A stretch of DNA of 64,000 bases, from positions 372,001 to 436,000 of the forward strand of contig NW_019028982.1 in the NCBI RefSeq assembly GCF_002105155.1, in the 5' to 3' direction. Below the pieces are notes generated by a model. It saw nothing but the letters and a program-made list of their open reading frames with translations, made no database searches and had not been told where the DNA came from. Source of the stretch: Lobosporangium transversale. Taxonomy: Eukaryota. Of this stretch, positions 21,187-31,971 are shown piece after piece; within the stretch, counting starts at the first letter, position 1, and each line of letters opens with the position of its first letter. The translations under genes and the position numbers were made by a program.

Positions 21187-24100
21187 ATGTTTCTTCCCAC
21201 AGCGATGGAGAATGTGTTCTCGGTGCCCGAGTTATTACATCATATTCAGTTGTGGCTCTCAAAGACTGACCTTGCGAATTGCATCCTTGTCTCGAAAGCT
21301 TTCCAAAAGACCTTTACTCCGCTTCTCTGGCATACAATCTCACTCAAGACATTAGTCCAACACCGCCGATTTACAGAGAATCCAGAAGTGCAACATGCCC
21401 TTGCTAGGAATATGGTTCACATTCGAGTCATTCAAATTCAGAGCTGCAAGAGTCTGGAGCCATTCTTGATGGCCGATATTTCTCAGCTGAAGCACTTACA
21501 CACACTCGAGTTTCCATGGCCCGCAAGGGCCGATACAGACTACCGAGGGTTCTTGAAGAGGCAAAGGTTAACTATAACGCCTGATGGGACCCCTATATAT
21601 GTGAACGCTACACCAGCACCTGACAGCATTGGAAACCCTCCAATAGACTCTACTCTTCTTGGGCCAGTGGACTGGATGGATATGAAGTCTGTATTTTTAA
21701 TATATTATCAAAAGATGGAGTTGCATAGTCATCTTCAAAGGTGTGAGCGTGAAGTGATCCAACAATTCAAACAGGAGTATCATACCTGGGTCGTTGAAAA
21801 CTTCCAAAAATATCATCAATTAGCGGAGCAGTATATGGCGGAATCGCTACAGGCAGGGGAAGCTGGCTATCCGGTTTTAGGGACAACAGCAAACGGCGCC
21901 GCCGCCGCAACAGCAGCGGCGGAAACAACAAAGCAGTGGATAGGCATGCTCTTATGGGAAATCACACACTACATAAGACTAGTGGACTCCTTCCTCATCA
22001 TGCCACTCAGCATTCGTCCTACTACACTTGAACAAGAGCTTTTAGACTGGTTTCGACGTCTCAAGGAGCAGAAAAAAACACTACTAGATATCACTGAGGT
22101 GCTTGAGGAACGATATTCCGCCGCTACACGGATACGGACAAGGCAGGACCAGATAGTTGAGCAGCAGGCATCACCAAAAGACAAAAGCGCACAAAGGAAG
22201 CCCCTGAATACATCGGAGCAGTTGTATCGGCTCCACTCGACTCTAAAGACGCAGTGGGAAGAAATCCCGCAGAACACATGTGTCATTCAAAGTCGTCTAC
22301 GGATGTTGCGGGACCCGACCTCATTAAGCTCATCTCAAGTTGTAGATGGTTTTGGCATATTCCCGCATCAAAGCCGCCTCCAATGCGAGCAGCAAACTGA
22401 AAGCCAGCGCCTAAGAGATGAAGTAGAGAATATGCTGCTACGACTGCAGGGTGGAAATAATAATGGACAGGGGAAACTTATTGTTCGAAAGCAAGTCCCA
22501 CGCGATGACCTTGACTTATTCCTGGACCAAATTTATATATTTATTCGGTCATTAGCTCAGGATGAAAGATCCGCAGTTATCGATCGGATACAACAACAAG
22601 TTAGTTTGACTTCAACCGAGCCGCCCTCATCGCCAGATCGTAGGAGGCCCCCAGCATCTACGGTACCAAAACCATTACCATGGGACTACGATACCGACCA
22701 AGATCGAAACCACCTTGTCCAGTTCCTTCACCACGCTCCAAAAATTACGGCATTTCATTCAGCCCGGCCACTGACTTGGGATTGTGGTCTATACCAAGCT
22801 CTATCAACCCGTCTCAAGACCTTCTCAGAAATGACCTCCATATCCATATATACTCAGGAACTTGATCAGCATTGGTGCAGCGGTAATTTAGAACACCTTT
22901 TAGATGCCTGTTCTCCGCAACTAGAGGCCTTAAGGATAGCCGGGCCCCAGACCTTTAGGGCAGAAGTACTCGCACAAAATGTGGGTGCTCTTCAGTCAAG
23001 CCAAAACTGCAGTCAGGCTAAAAAAATGCGTCAAATAGAGACCAGTAGGACAAGCCTAAGGCGATTGGCTCTTGAAGGTGATTGTAAGCACTATTTCCGA
23101 CCTTCATTCTTGAATCGGTGTCCCGAACTGAAATCACTAAGCTTGAGCGACTGTCAAGATTCTCTAGTTGAAGACATAAGTCGCTGGATCCAAAGTTGTT
23201 GTCCACTGCTAGAGGAGTTGGCAATATCCAAGGTCACAGAGCCTCGTGCAGCGGGTGCATTAGATGCTATCCTTGGAGCTTGCGTAGGTTTATCCTCCTC
23301 AACCGACCTCCGCAGCTGCACAGTGCCCCTATTGAAAAAAGGAAATGTTTATGTCAATAGCCAAGCTGGACAAACGACAAATTTGAAAAGTCTACTTGTC
23401 TTTGGCTACCAGTTTGCAGAACATGATCCTGCGATTGATGCAATATGTCAGCACGGCCGAAAGGGACTAAGGTATTTCGCGCTTAAGAGCTGTGAAGGTC
23501 TTTGGACAAGACGACAGCTCGATCTTGCTACCCATGAAATGAAGATCATAGAAGGAGATCCGCCACAGATCTACAGGGTTCTAGAAGCGTTAGGCCCTCA
23601 ATTAGAATACCTTGATCTTTTACATTATGGTGGGGTACCACTTCGTAGTCCAGCTTATAGTCGGTTTGAAGCCACCGATTTCGCCAAGTACGCTTATGCA
23701 AATAACAACTTCAACAGCGGTAATGGACACCACGATGATAACAGCAGCGACAATAGTAACGGCAGTGCCAGCACCGGAAATAGAAGTATGACCAAGGACC
23801 AATGCGGTAATGGACAGCGGCTGATTTGGGTGTTTATTCCAACACTAAAAGTGCTCCGAATCTGCATCGGCGGCTTCTATCGTCCAACTTTGGATAATCG
23901 TCATTCAACTACAATTTATCCATTTAACCCTAGGATAAAAGACCCCATTATGAGTCGAGACATTGAGATTCGTGTCTGTCAAATCTTGGGCTCGTTCTCT
24001 GCACTAGAGGAGCTACATCTAGGGCTAGATGAAGCAGACGGTCCATATTGTATTGGGGACCCGTCAATGATGTTCCAGAATACTTCGTTAGCCTTGTCCC

Positions 24101-24363
24101 TAGATCATGGACTATGGGCGATGAGTGGGCTGAAGCAGCTGAAGGTACTAAAGGTCACCAGAATGGATCATCGAATAGGGTTGGAAGAAATTCAGTGGAT
24201 GTGTGAGCATTGGCCAAGACTAGACATTGTGCACGGGCTCTTGAGGCAGATGAGTACAAAAGAGAGTATAGGGTTGCAAGAGAGATGGGAGCAACAGAAG
24301 GCAGAGAATGAAAGGATTGTAAAATGGCTCAAGGCGAACAAGCCTTTTTTAAGATACACTTAA
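21187..24363 (+). CDS. Intronless F-box / RNI-like LRR protein, about 1058 aa, with a large helical insertion
   Basis: VFSVPELLHHIQLWLSKTDLANCILVSKAFQKTFTPLLW F-box; LRR-like CPELKSLSL, CPLLEELAI; C-terminal LSLDHGLWAMSGLKQLKVL...IGLEEIQWMCEHWPRL. The start could be 21205. Confidence 0.85.
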   Translation: MFLPTAMENVFSVPELLHHIQLWLSKTDLANCILVSKAFQKTFTPLLWHTISLKTLVQHRRFTENPEVQHALARNMVHIRVIQIQSCKSLEPFLMADISQLKHLHTLEFPWPARADTDYRGFLKRQRLTITPDGTPIYVNATPAPDSIGNPPIDSTLLGPVDWMDMKSVFLIYYQKMELHSHLQRCEREVIQQFKQEYHTWVVENFQKYHQLAEQYMAESLQAGEAGYPVLGTTANGAAAATAAAETTKQWIGMLLWEITHYIRLVDSFLIMPLSIRPTTLEQELLDWFRRLKEQKKTLLDITEVLEERYSAATRIRTRQDQIVEQQASPKDKSAQRKPLNTSEQLYRLHSTLKTQWEEIPQNTCVIQSRLRMLRDPTSLSSSQVVDGFGIFPHQSRLQCEQQTESQRLRDEVENMLLRLQGGNNNGQGKLIVRKQVPRDDLDLFLDQIYIFIRSLAQDERSAVIDRIQQQVSLTSTEPPSSPDRRRPPASTVPKPLPWDYDTDQDRNHLVQFLHHAPKITAFHSARPLTWDCGLYQALSTRLKTFSEMTSISIYTQELDQHWCSGNLEHLLDACSPQLEALRIAGPQTFRAEVLAQNVGALQSSQNCSQAKKMRQIETSRTSLRRLALEGDCKHYFRPSFLNRCPELKSLSLSDCQDSLVEDISRWIQSCCPLLEELAISKVTEPRAAGALDAILGACVGLSSSTDLRSCTVPLLKKGNVYVNSQAGQTTNLKSLLVFGYQFAEHDPAIDAICQHGRKGLRYFALKSCEGLWTRRQLDLATHEMKIIEGDPPQIYRVLEALGPQLEYLDLLHYGGVPLRSPAYSRFEATDFAKYAYANNNFNSGNGHHDDNSSDNSNGSASTGNRSMTKDQCGNGQRLIWVFIPTLKVLRICIGGFYRPTLDNRHSTTIYPFNPRIKDPIMSRDIEIRVCQILGSFSALEELHLGLDEADGPYCIGDPSMMFQNTSLALSLDHGLWAMSGLKQLKVLKVTRMDHRIGLEEIQWMCEHWPRLDIVHGLLRQMSTKESIGLQERWEQQKAENERIVKWLKANKPFLRYT

Positions 24364-25199
24364 AATGTAGCCTTCTCACCTTCTTCTTTATATTCTTTAT
24401 TCCTCTTTCCTTCTACCATTTATTATTATTATTACTATTACTACTGCTATTGCCATTGCTATCGCCTTTGGTGTTTTTGGAAATATTGGTAATGACATTA
24501 TAAAGGAATAAAGCGAAATAGACGCTTTGAATTTGGGCGTAGTCAATCTTTCTATTTGTTTTATTAATTAGACATTTAGTGCTTCATCGAAAGACCGTAT
24601 CGCTGTAGAATCAAAGGAAGGAGGATTTCCCCTCGAGTTTATCTGAGTGCCTCTCCTTCAGCCATGTTGCACTCTCTGACTCAGTAATGCCTGTTCTACG
24701 CCTCAATCCTATGACCGGCTTCTGGTCCGGTCTATGCTCACTCATCCACTTGGTAGCGTGAGGTACAAAGCTTGCTTACAATTAGGGCTTCCAGCGCCGC
24801 GAATTCTTTCCAGAGAGAAGGCCCTGTACTCGAGCTTAGACACTGATGAGCGCTGGGTAATAAAAGATGTGTCCGACTTCATACAGTAACTCCTGGGTCA
24901 CTAAGACGCAGATGGCCCGACCTATGTGGTTGTGGAAGCATGTATGGTTCTTTTAATTATCAACTTTTTGCCAGTCTTCCATTGACGAAGGTGAGTCCAT
25001 AACGGTTGACATGGCTGGTAGCACCTCTTCTTTTCCTGGCATACAAGAGTCAAGAGCCTTATTTTGTTCTATTTTTTTTGTTTTTTTCTCAATCTTCATT
25101 TACGATTATTCTACAACCTAACAGTGCCAGAAATTCTTTTTATTCTTTTTACAATAAAATTGGCAAAATAGTTGAGGTTCCTTGCAATGGAAATGAACT

Positions 25200-26090
25200 G
25201 TCTATGGGCTGATTCAACAAATTTCAAATCGCTTTGTGAAATTGAAGGTGAAGACTATTCGGAGGTGCAGCGCGATCTTTTCATTAGTGGCATCTGTCTA
25301 GATGACTATTATCGTATCTTTGGCAACATATTGACCTATCAATCCATGGAAGCGACACAGTTTTAGTGGCCACGCTGAGCAAGAAGGCGATCCCGTTGAG
25401 CTGTAGCTCTTGGAACGTTGTTCCAGGCAAGGAGATGTTTCGGTCGAGTGAAGCCATTCCTTTGTTCATACAAAGGCTGAGCTTTAATGGCAAGATATTG
25501 GATAGTAGGAGGGCGAAGAAGCATACAGCATCACGGAGGGATCAACAATTTACTAAGTATTAGCCTTAAAGGGCGGATAAGGCGTTGATCAAAGTGCCAT
25601 GGTATTTTTCGGATGTCTCTGATCATTCCAATACCGAAACCGTAGAGTCCCCTCTCCTGGCTCCACGAAGGCAAACCGTCTTCCCGGGGACGAGCGTTGA
25701 ATGCGACTGCATGTACACCCCAAAGCATCAAGCAATTTGCCGTATGCGGTTTGGGATGCTTGAGTCCTCTACTCAAGCAAAGTTGTTGGAATGCCCTAAT
25801 TGTTATAAGAGCGGCCAGATCACGCCAATTACTGCTAAGTTTGTAGGATGCAAATATAGGATTTTCGAGACCCAAAGTCTCAGGAGAACAGTACTCTCGG
25901 CTGGACTTGGGAGTGGTGAGAGTAGAGGATTTTTATCAGCTTTTCAACCTGAGCAACCAGATATCGTGGCAGCGATTGATTACCGAATCAGCTAGACTTG
26001 ATGCAGTTGACGATTGCGCTATCTGTTTGGAGCCCATGGAGATGTAAGATAAGCTTGATTGTGGGCATCGGTCTCAGCGTGGTTGTAGCT
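25200..26090 (+). pseudogene. Decayed ubiquitin-like + Cys-rich + RING gene
   Basis: Ub-like fragment (IPLFIQRLSFNGKIL; LSLKGG in another frame), Cys-rich segment (FSDVSD...PGTSVECDC...CPNC...PITAKFVGCKYRI), RING remnant (DDCAICLEPM...LDCGH). Several stops and frameshifts. Boundaries approximate. Confidence 0.65.
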
Positions 26091-26270
26091 ATAACCAGTA
26101 TTTAATCAATGGAGCTTTTCTTTAACCCATACATGTCTCCACTATGGGCTGATTTCAACAAGTTGATTATTAAGGGGTAACAAACTTAACAAATGATAGA
26201 TGCTTGAAAGATCCGTTTCTTTCTTCACCAGCAACGTAAAATTAATTACAAAGAAGCAAAAGTGGATTCA

Positions 26271-27415
26271 ATGGCATCAGAATATGAACTCTTTGAACCG
26301 CCAAATGATGCCATCTCAGCCGTTGTCTTCCATCCTTCTAGACCCGAGACGCTGATGGTCTCGTCATGGGACAAGGTATAATTATAATTGCAAAAATGAA
26401 TTATTTATTGTTGTTATTATTATAGTTGTTTACAGTCCTTATCCAATATCCTCTTTCGACAATTGATACTTAATAGACTGTGGCATTGTACGATATAAAC
26501 AAGAACCAGCAGACAGGGAAATATCAGCATGACGCAGCTGTGCTAGATTGCTGCTTTGGCGAAGGAATGGAGGCTTACAGTGGTGGTTTGGATAGAACTG
26601 TCAGGATGTAATGTCTTGTTTTCATCTCTTTGCTCCTGTTTATCTTTTGGTTGAGTTTACATGTTACTGGTGTTTTGCGTAGTAGGAGATCTTGCAATTC
26701 CCATGAAAAATGTGTATCTGATGATAAAAACCATTTATCAATATGTTTTATTAGGCATGATTTTGCCTCAGGGAAGGATATTGTGTTAGGATCGCATGAT
26801 GATGCTGTACGTGCTATGGCATTCAGCACAGCTAACAGTAAGTTTTACTTATGCCCTCTCTTTCATCGATTATAAAAAAAAAAAGCACCGCATTAACCAC
26901 ATTTCGGCTACCCATAAACAGATTTTTTGGTGACAGGATCATGGGATAGGACCATCGGAACATGGGACCACCGCGCTGGTGGCGTGGAGCATGGGCACAA
27001 CTTGGGCAAATACAATCAACCAGAGAAGATTTTCTCATTGGATGTCTGTGATCAAAAGCTGGTGGTTGCTATGGCAGGGCGATTGGTATTCATTTATGAT
27101 TTACGCAATATGAAGGAAACACTACAGCGTCGGGAAAGCTCATTAAAATATCAGACTCGGATGGTTCGATGCATGCGTGATGGCCTTGGATATGCATCCT
27201 CATCAATTGAAGGCAGAGTCGCGGTCGAGTTTTTTGATCCTAGCGCGGAGAGTCAAGCCAAGAAGTATGCGTTCAAGTGTCACCGAAAGGTCATTGACGG
27301 AGTTGAGACAATCTATCCAGTCAATGCATTAGCCTATCACCCAATGTAGGTTTATTGATTTCTTGCTTAAAAAATTGCGCTTGCTTGTAAGAGCGCTATC
27401 TTTTTTATTGATCTC

Positions 27416-27448
<33 letters not shown>

Positions 27449-27751
27449 ATGTTATGTAGTCATGGAACGTTCGCATCGGGTGGATCGGATGGTGGTGTAA
27501 CGCTATGGGATGGGTTTAATAAGAAGCGATTGAAGCAATACACACCGTATCCGACATCGATATCTTCTCTGTCATGGTCATGCGATGGCAAAACTCTTGC
27601 TATCGCTAGTTCATACACTTTTGACGAGGGTGAGAAGGACCATGCGCCAGATCAAGTTTTTTTACGCTCAATATCAGATCAAGAGGCTAGACCAAAGATC
27701 TTACCGCCATCATCAGCCTCATCTGCAGCAGTGGCGGGGTTCGGCAAATGA
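26271..27751 (+). CDS. BUB3: Spindle checkpoint WD40 protein Bub3, multi-exon
   Basis: [97 protein letters not shown]. Confidence 0.95.
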
Positions 27752-27935
27752 GTCCTATGAGAGAAATCATTCCCTTGCGGCATTTTGTAGACAATTTTAA
27801 TGCCATGTTGGGATGGACATATGTTAAAAATAAGACATATCAATATACATCGCTACATGTATGCAGGCCGTTCATGCATTTATTCATTCTAATGTACAAA
27901 TTTTGCTCATGATGAACATTAGCAATAAGATTGCT

Positions 27936-29617
27936 TCAATCGCTATCTTCGATTTCCTGTAAGGATGGGTCTTGATATTGTTGATCACTTGCTAACAATG
28001 CGTCTAGCAATAATTCGCGTTCTACCCGCAGCCTCGTCAGCTTCTTCTTCATATCCTCATACTCACTTTCAAGTGACTCACGTTCGTTATAGATATAGCG
28101 AAATTTAGCCTTTAATATCCCATATCGTTGCTTGGGTGTCTGGCCGTTATCAACCGCAAAATCAGAATCCTCTGCATCATCGTCCTCTTCTTCATCTTCG
28201 TCTTGGTTTGCACTACTAGTGCGGTCGTCATTCCCAAGATATCGACTATGAAGATGACGACCCCTTTCGCCCCCGCCCCCACCTTCACCTCCTCTTTTCG
28301 GATGGTCCAATTGCTTCAATATCAATGCATCAGCAAAACTTTGGTGGTAGTGTCGATGGTCTCCATCAAACTCACTCCCTAGTTTCCTGCGTTTTGAAGG
28401 ACTCATAAGTCTGGTGGAAAGCGTCGATGACATTTCCGGATCTGAGCGAGAAGATTCATGGTGCCGCCGTTTTTTAGCCCCAAAAGAAGATGAAGGCAGT
28501 AATGTTGAAGAGGCAGCAGGGTCTTTCATAGTATAGCGCCCTCGTGACTTACGTCCTGTAAACCGCTCAGGAACATCACCATGTTGGCATTTGAGATGCT
28601 TCGCCATCGCACTGTAGATTAAGAATAGAAGGTCCGGAAAAAAAAAAAAAAAAAGAAAAGTCCCACTTGATTAGTGCTGTCCGAGAGAATATCAACGCTT
28701 CATTGTTTTTAACTATTTAAAGGTAGCAGCAGAGAAAGTACTGACTCTGAACGGCTGAAGCTTTTATCACATTCTGGCACAGGGCAATCGTAAGGCTTGT
28801 GTTTGGTATGGCTCCTCATATGTGAGATTAATGCAAACCGCGTTGTCTGTGCAATCGGCTTCCTCGAGCATCCTGATCCAGATCACGCCATTGAAAGACA
28901 CAAAGATATAGAGGCACAGAGAAACAAGAGAAAGAAGTTAGTTCTTTGTTGTATGTTACTATTGTGTCAAGGGCTGGTTGCCTTTTTGTAGACGGGATGC
29001 TTTTCTTCCTTCTTACCTTCCCATTCACATGTGTATGATGTTTTCTTCCATCCAATGTGTTCATCCGAGAGATGAATTACCAGCGCTGATAAAGAAGGCA
29101 AGACTTTGCCACAGTCCTTCCATCGACAGACTGTTTCCTCGGGCATGTTGCTGTATTCTTCATCATTTGGGTGGACGGATGCCGCTTCTTCTTCTTCATC
29201 ATCATTATCAGAGGATAATGACAAGTCTGCATCATCGGTTGTTCTGGTTGTCGCCAAGTCGTTGGTATCAGTGTTATTTTTGCCGTTGGCGTCTGATTTT
29301 TGATCTTCTCGATCCTGATCTGGATCCTCGTCCTCACCATCATCTTCTTCATCTGCATCTTCATGAGGTGCATTCCCTGCCTCAGCTTCACTATCTTCGT
29401 CATGGTCTGTCTCAGGATGTAGGTGTACTCCATTCATTTGATGATTTGAACTGTCCTCTTCTTTTTTAAGACGCGGTTCCTGAGAACCTACAGATAAGTA
29501 TTGCGAGTTTGAAGAATGAGTAGTATATTGCTGTTGTGATGGCGTCCCTGAATGTGATATCGTGTCTTGGCTCTCCGGTCTTGATACTGTGGCAATTGCG
29601 GTATTAGGAGAAGACAT
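27936..29617 (-). CDS. C2H2 zinc-finger protein with C-terminal coiled coil, Iec1-like (INO80-associated); exons 29617-29017, 28872-28746, 28611-27936
   Basis: CRWKDC..HLSDEHIG..YTCEWEGCSRKPIAQTTRFALISHMRSHT..YDCPVPECDKSFSRSDAMAKHLKCQH; KQRYGILKAKFRYI...RELLLDALL. Similarity to S. pombe Iec1 from recall. Confidence 0.8.
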
Positions 29618-29889
29618 AACTGTCTGTATATTTCTCAAAAAGTGTTTGGCGGGTATAAGTCGAAAATCGTTTCGTCACTTCTCTGGAGGTGTAGAAAAAC
29701 AATGCTCTGTTTATAGCTTATGCAGTCTTCCGAATGAAGAAAAAAAAGAAATCCTTTGTCGTCTAAAAATCTGCTTCCTGATGATGAGATGTCGTCCAGG
29801 CAAAATGAGGATGCTGTGGTGGTTAATGAAGGAATAAATTGACGATGACAAAGTACATATTTCTAAGGGTACCAGTTAAGGGGATGGGA

Positions 29890-29909
29890 GTGACGTCACT
29901 ATCCACGTG
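29890..29909. promoter_or_regulatory. CRE/ATF palindrome and E-box in the shared divergent promoter
   Basis: GTGACGTCAC (29890-29899) and CACGTG (29904-29909) in the 425-bp gap between the Iec1-like gene and ATP5. Confidence 0.5.
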
Positions 29910-30042
29910 ATGGGATAGTCTTTCATGGATTTAGTGCGACGCCAATTCTTTTTGTTTATTCCACCAATTCCCGATCAGTGCCTAGCTTTTTTCTCTTTCC
30001 TCATCCATCATTTCATCCCCCCTCCTTCATCGTATTATCGCA

Positions 30043-31554
30043 ATGTTCGCCGCTCGCCGTGCCCTTCAAGTAATTGTCATTCTCCCCCATTTGCATCAAT
30101 CGTTTATTTATACATTCGTCTACCTATATATAACACCTGCTCTTAATCACATAATCCTCTATCCGATCACGTTCTCCACCCCACAGAACACGCCTCTACA
30201 ACAATACTATCTTTCTGTGCAATAAACGACACGCCATCACTACATTCATGATCCCGTCTCATTATCCACTACCTAGAGTTTAATGCTTCGATCCACAATC
30301 GCATATTCCATTCCTAACCAACCCTTCAACTTATTTTACATTCTTTTCATCGTTTAGGCTACTCGTGGCTATGCCACTGCTGCCAATGTTCAGGTAATGA
30401 CGTGATCCATTACAGATTTTTTGATATCATTTAGACAATTACAACATCGATCGCGACATTAGAAGAAAAGTCTATTGACATTTGCATCCAGAATTATGTT
30501 TTGACAAAGATGCAATATATTTCTCAGGATGTTTTCTTGACATTAATATCTATGCATATACTCGTTTGTTGCAGAGGACGATTAGACGATTAACGTTTTC
30601 GTTTCATCCTGCAAAACTGTATATTTACATTGTCTATACAGGTTCCTGTTGTCCTTCACGGTATTGAGGGTCGCTATGCCACTGCTTTGTACACTGCTGC
30701 TGCCAAGAAGCAGGCCTTGGACACTGTTGAGAACGATTTGAAGCAGGTCAAGCGTGTTGTCGAAAAGGACTCGAAGCTCCGTGAGTTCCTCGAGAACCCC
30801 ACCATTAACCGCATTGAGAAGAAGAACGGTGTCCAGCAGTTGCTCAGCGCTGGCAAGTACAATGAGCTCACCAAGAACTTCTTCGATACCTTGGCTGAGA
30901 ACGGTCGCCTTAATGACACTGTCAAGATCATTAACTCTTATGGCTCTCTTATGAGTGCCTACCGTGGTGAGGTTCAGGTTACCATCACCTCCGCTAAGGT
31001 AAATATGAATGGTTCTTAATCGTGCAAGAATATTGGCCTTTTTTTTTTCTTTTTTTTAAAAAAGCACGGACAGTTAATTGTATCGCGCATAAACCTGACT
31101 TGAGTAATGTTTTTTTTTCATTTTAATATTGATGCATGGCACAATGACAGGAATTGGATGCCAAGGAGGTTGCCAAGATTAAGGGCTACCTTGCCAAGTC
31201 TGCCTTCGTTACCTCCAAGCAAACTCTTGTTGTTTCTAACAAGGTATTGACTAGATGCTGGATAAAAAAACAGTAACTGCGTGCTAAAATCAAGTTCAAT
31301 TAACTCAAAAGACACTTGTTTTCATGACACATTAACTAGGTGAACCCCTCGATTCTCGGTGGTTTGGTTGTTGAGTTCGGTGACAAGACTATTGACTTGT
31401 CTGTTTCTTCCAAGATCAACAAGCTCAACCAGTTGCTTCATGGTTAGTCATGATATAACTCATAAGACAGCGAGCTCATGATATAAAGGAAGTCATCGTG
31501 CTAATTATCTAATTGTACTGATTCTTTATTTTATTTTTTACAGAGTCTGTCTAG
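30043..31554 (+). CDS. ATP5: Mitochondrial ATP synthase OSCP subunit, 6 exons
   Basis: Presequence [71 protein letters not shown]. Confidence 0.95.
30461..30632 (+). ncRNA. Candidate intronic H/ACA snoRNA in ATP5 intron 2
   Basis: Hairpin 1 (AAGAAAA/TTTTCTT, TTGCATC/GATGCAA), H box ACATTA, hairpin 2 (ATATAC/GTATAT, pocket, TTGCAG/CTGCAA), ACA at 30627-30629. Confidence 0.5.
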
Positions 31555-31971
31555 ATTATCCCGTTTCACTTGATTCAAATTTCCCTGACAGGAATTATTC
31601 TCTTGGACACGGAATAAAATGATAACAAAACACGGATTTCAAAAGAAACATATAAACGACTATTTTTCTTATTTTTTTTGAAAAACACATTTCAACATGC
31701 TCTTAAGCTCGCTCCTCTCTTCTCTTTTTTGTCTATCATTTTTTTTTTTCTCAACCTTCCACTTGACATCCACATATTAAACTCAAGAATAAAATTAAGG
31801 CGGTACATATCCAAGTTTGGATGGCGCGTTGCGTGACTTGATTTAATAAATTAAAAACAAAACATTAAGACGCGACTTGCTCATTCAAGTAAAAACACTT
31901 TCTCTTCCTAATCTGTCGCGCCTCCACTACCAATTGATAAAAGTATTATAAAGAGAGCGAAGACGACAGCC

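Noticed and set aside
24843..24880. CTGATGAG hammerhead core
   Set aside because: No stem II followed by GAAA. The surrounding hairpins at 24600-24930 could not be assigned to anything.
31443..31543. C/D snoRNA in the last ATP5 intron
   Set aside because: CTGA is present but there is no RTGATGA C box or terminal stem.
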